Shown: positions 62,601-64,000 of the stretch, one piece after another | Layout: each line of letters starts with the position of its first letter | How positions within the stretch are numbered: position 1 is the stretch's first letter | NCBI RefSeq assembly: GCF_035594765.1 | Contig: NW_026943818.1 | Coordinates: forward strand, 32,361,559-32,425,558 | Origin: Anolis carolinensis | Lineage: Eukaryota | Direction of reading: 5' to 3' | DNA length: 64,000 nucleotides | The notes under the pieces: generated by a model | Databases searched by the model: none | Seen by the model: only the letters and a program-made list of their open reading frames with translations | Told to the model about the DNA's origin: nothing | Translations under genes and position numbers: made by a program

Positions 62601-64000
62601 TCGCCCGACAAGCCTCTTTTGGCAGCAACAACGGGAAAGGCATCCAGAAGTTCAGAAAGAGTTCGGCGGGGAAGCGAAATTCAAGTCAGGAACACTGGGG
62701 TGTCTGTGGTGGAGGCAAAAAAAAGAAATAGGAAAAGGGTTGAGGGAGAGTCAGTGGGTGGGGTGATGCGAATTCCACACCCATGGAGAGAGTCAGGAAC
62801 ACTAGGGTGTCTGTGGTGGAGGAAAAAAGAAATAGGAAAAGGGTTAAGGGAGAGTCAGTGGGTGGGGTGATGCGAATTCCACACCCATGGAGAGAGTCAG
62901 GAACACTAGGGTGTCTGTGGTGGAGGAAAAAAGAAATAGGAAAAGGGTTAAGGGAGAGGCAGTGGGCGGGATCATGCAAATTCTACACCAATGGAGAGAG
63001 TCAGGAACACTGAGGTGTCTGTGGTGGAGGGAAAAAAGAAATTGGAAAGGGTTAAGGGAGAGGCAGTGGGCGGGGTCATGCAAATTGCACACCAATGGAG
63101 AGAGTCAGGAACACTGGGGTGTTTGTGGTGGAGGGAAAAAAGAAATAGGAAAGGGTTAAGGGAGAGGCAGTGGGCGAGGACATGCAAATTCCACACCAAC
63201 GGAGAGAGTCAGGAACATTAGGGTGTCCGTGGTGGAGGAAAAACGGCAAATTGTCCCAGTTGCGTGGTGGGCACTGTGGTGTCTGTGGATACACAAATTC
63301 ATATTTTCACTGTTATTATTTGTATATATTATTATTATTACTATTTATTATTATTAGTAGTAGTAGTAGTAGTTGTAGTAGATGGTGACATCTCTCTTTG
63401 TCTTTCAAGTGAATTCACAAAGCACAGAATCAAGCCAGGAAAGTGTTACTACGGTCAAGGATGTGTCGACTGAGGCGGAAACCACTTTTCCAACAACTAG
63501 TGCGAGAACAAGTTCAGAGACAACCACCTTGACGCTTACTCCATCTACCAAAGAATCCACATCTGCTTCAAAGACAACCACGTTGTCAAAGGATACGTCT
63601 ACTGGGAAATCCACGTCTACTCCAGAGACAACCGCCTCTTCCCAAACTACTCCAGAGACCACCACCTTGACCCCAACTACATCTTCCGAAGAATCTACCA
63701 CTGCTCCAGAGACAACCACCTTGTCTGATTCTACCACTGCTCCAGATACAACCACCTTGTCTGAATCTACCAATGGTCCAGAGACCACCACCTTGTCTGA
63801 ATCTACCACTGCTCCAGAGACCACCACCTTGTCTGAATCTACCAATGGTCCAGAGACCACCACCTTGTCTGAATCTACCACTGCTCCAGAGACAACCACC
63901 TTGTCTGATTCTACCACTGCTCCAGAGACCACCACCTTGTCTGAATCTACCACTGCTCCAGAGACCACCACCTTGTCTGAATCTACCACTGCTCCAGAGA
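59599..64000 (+). CDS. Unidentified mucin-like secreted or membrane glycoprotein, 5' part
   Basis: Exon 59599-59674 (MVRKRHRGLRNVFLVLILYCHLWAP, phase-1 donor G|GTAGGG) joins exon 63410->64000 (TCTCTTTGTCTTTCAAG|) in frame to give ...LWAPVNS-QSTESSQESVTT...; open to the window end. Confidence 0.75.
59750..62210. repeat. 52-bp minisatellite in the mucin-like gene intron
   Basis: TAGACAAAATTGCCAGAAATTCGGGATTTGTTTGGCTCTAATATATTGTTTG, period 52. Confidence 0.92.
62685..63245. repeat. About 105-bp purine-rich tandem repeat (about 5.5 copies)
   Basis: GTCAGGAACACT(G/A)GGGTGTCTGTGGTGGAGG...GGAAAAGGGTTAAGGGAGAG. Confidence 0.85.
63410..64000 (+). CDS. PTS-rich mucin exon with 36-bp (12-aa) repeats STTAPETTTLSE
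   Basis: Uninterrupted Thr/Ser/Pro/Glu frame; repeats start at 63694, about 8.5 copies before the window ends. Confidence 0.82.

Noticed and set aside
63405-63989. 194-aa minus-strand ORF (VVDSDKVVVSGA)n
   Set aside because: Antisense shadow of the + strand Thr/Ser-rich mucin exon

Overview
Vertebrate genomic DNA, most likely an Anolis-type lizard microchromosome (inferred from GC/CpG-rich exons, very AT-rich introns, and CR1, L2, Penelope, Dong/R4, Helitron, hAT and Tc1/mariner MITE repeats). It is not prokaryotic. Genes reconstructed by hand from GT-AG junctions: (1) the first four coding exons of WDR18 (- strand, continues off the left edge); (2) complete KXD1 (- strand, 175 aa); (3) complete FKBP8 (+ strand, 407 aa), head-to-head with KXD1; (4) an intronless HSP30/HSPB9-like small heat-shock gene (- strand, 188 aa); (5) the 5' end of an unidentified secreted or membrane mucin-like gene (+ strand: signal-peptide exon plus a Thr/Ser/Pro/Glu exon with 12-aa repeats that runs off the right edge and is absent from the ORF track). 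Most long introns and intergenic gaps carry their own minisatellite. Several arrays are amplifications of functional sequence: an 83-bp CCAAT+GC-box module (about 17 copies) in the KXD1/FKBP8 bidirectional promoter, the last KXD1 codons plus stop (about 28 extra copies) in its 3' UTR, and a CCAAT array ending in a TATA box with no assigned gene. Transposons sit precisely on FKBP8 splice signals: a hAT target-site duplication equals a splice donor, and an acceptor is built on a (TTA)n microsatellite next to Dong/R4 tails. All family assignments are from recognition, not database searches.
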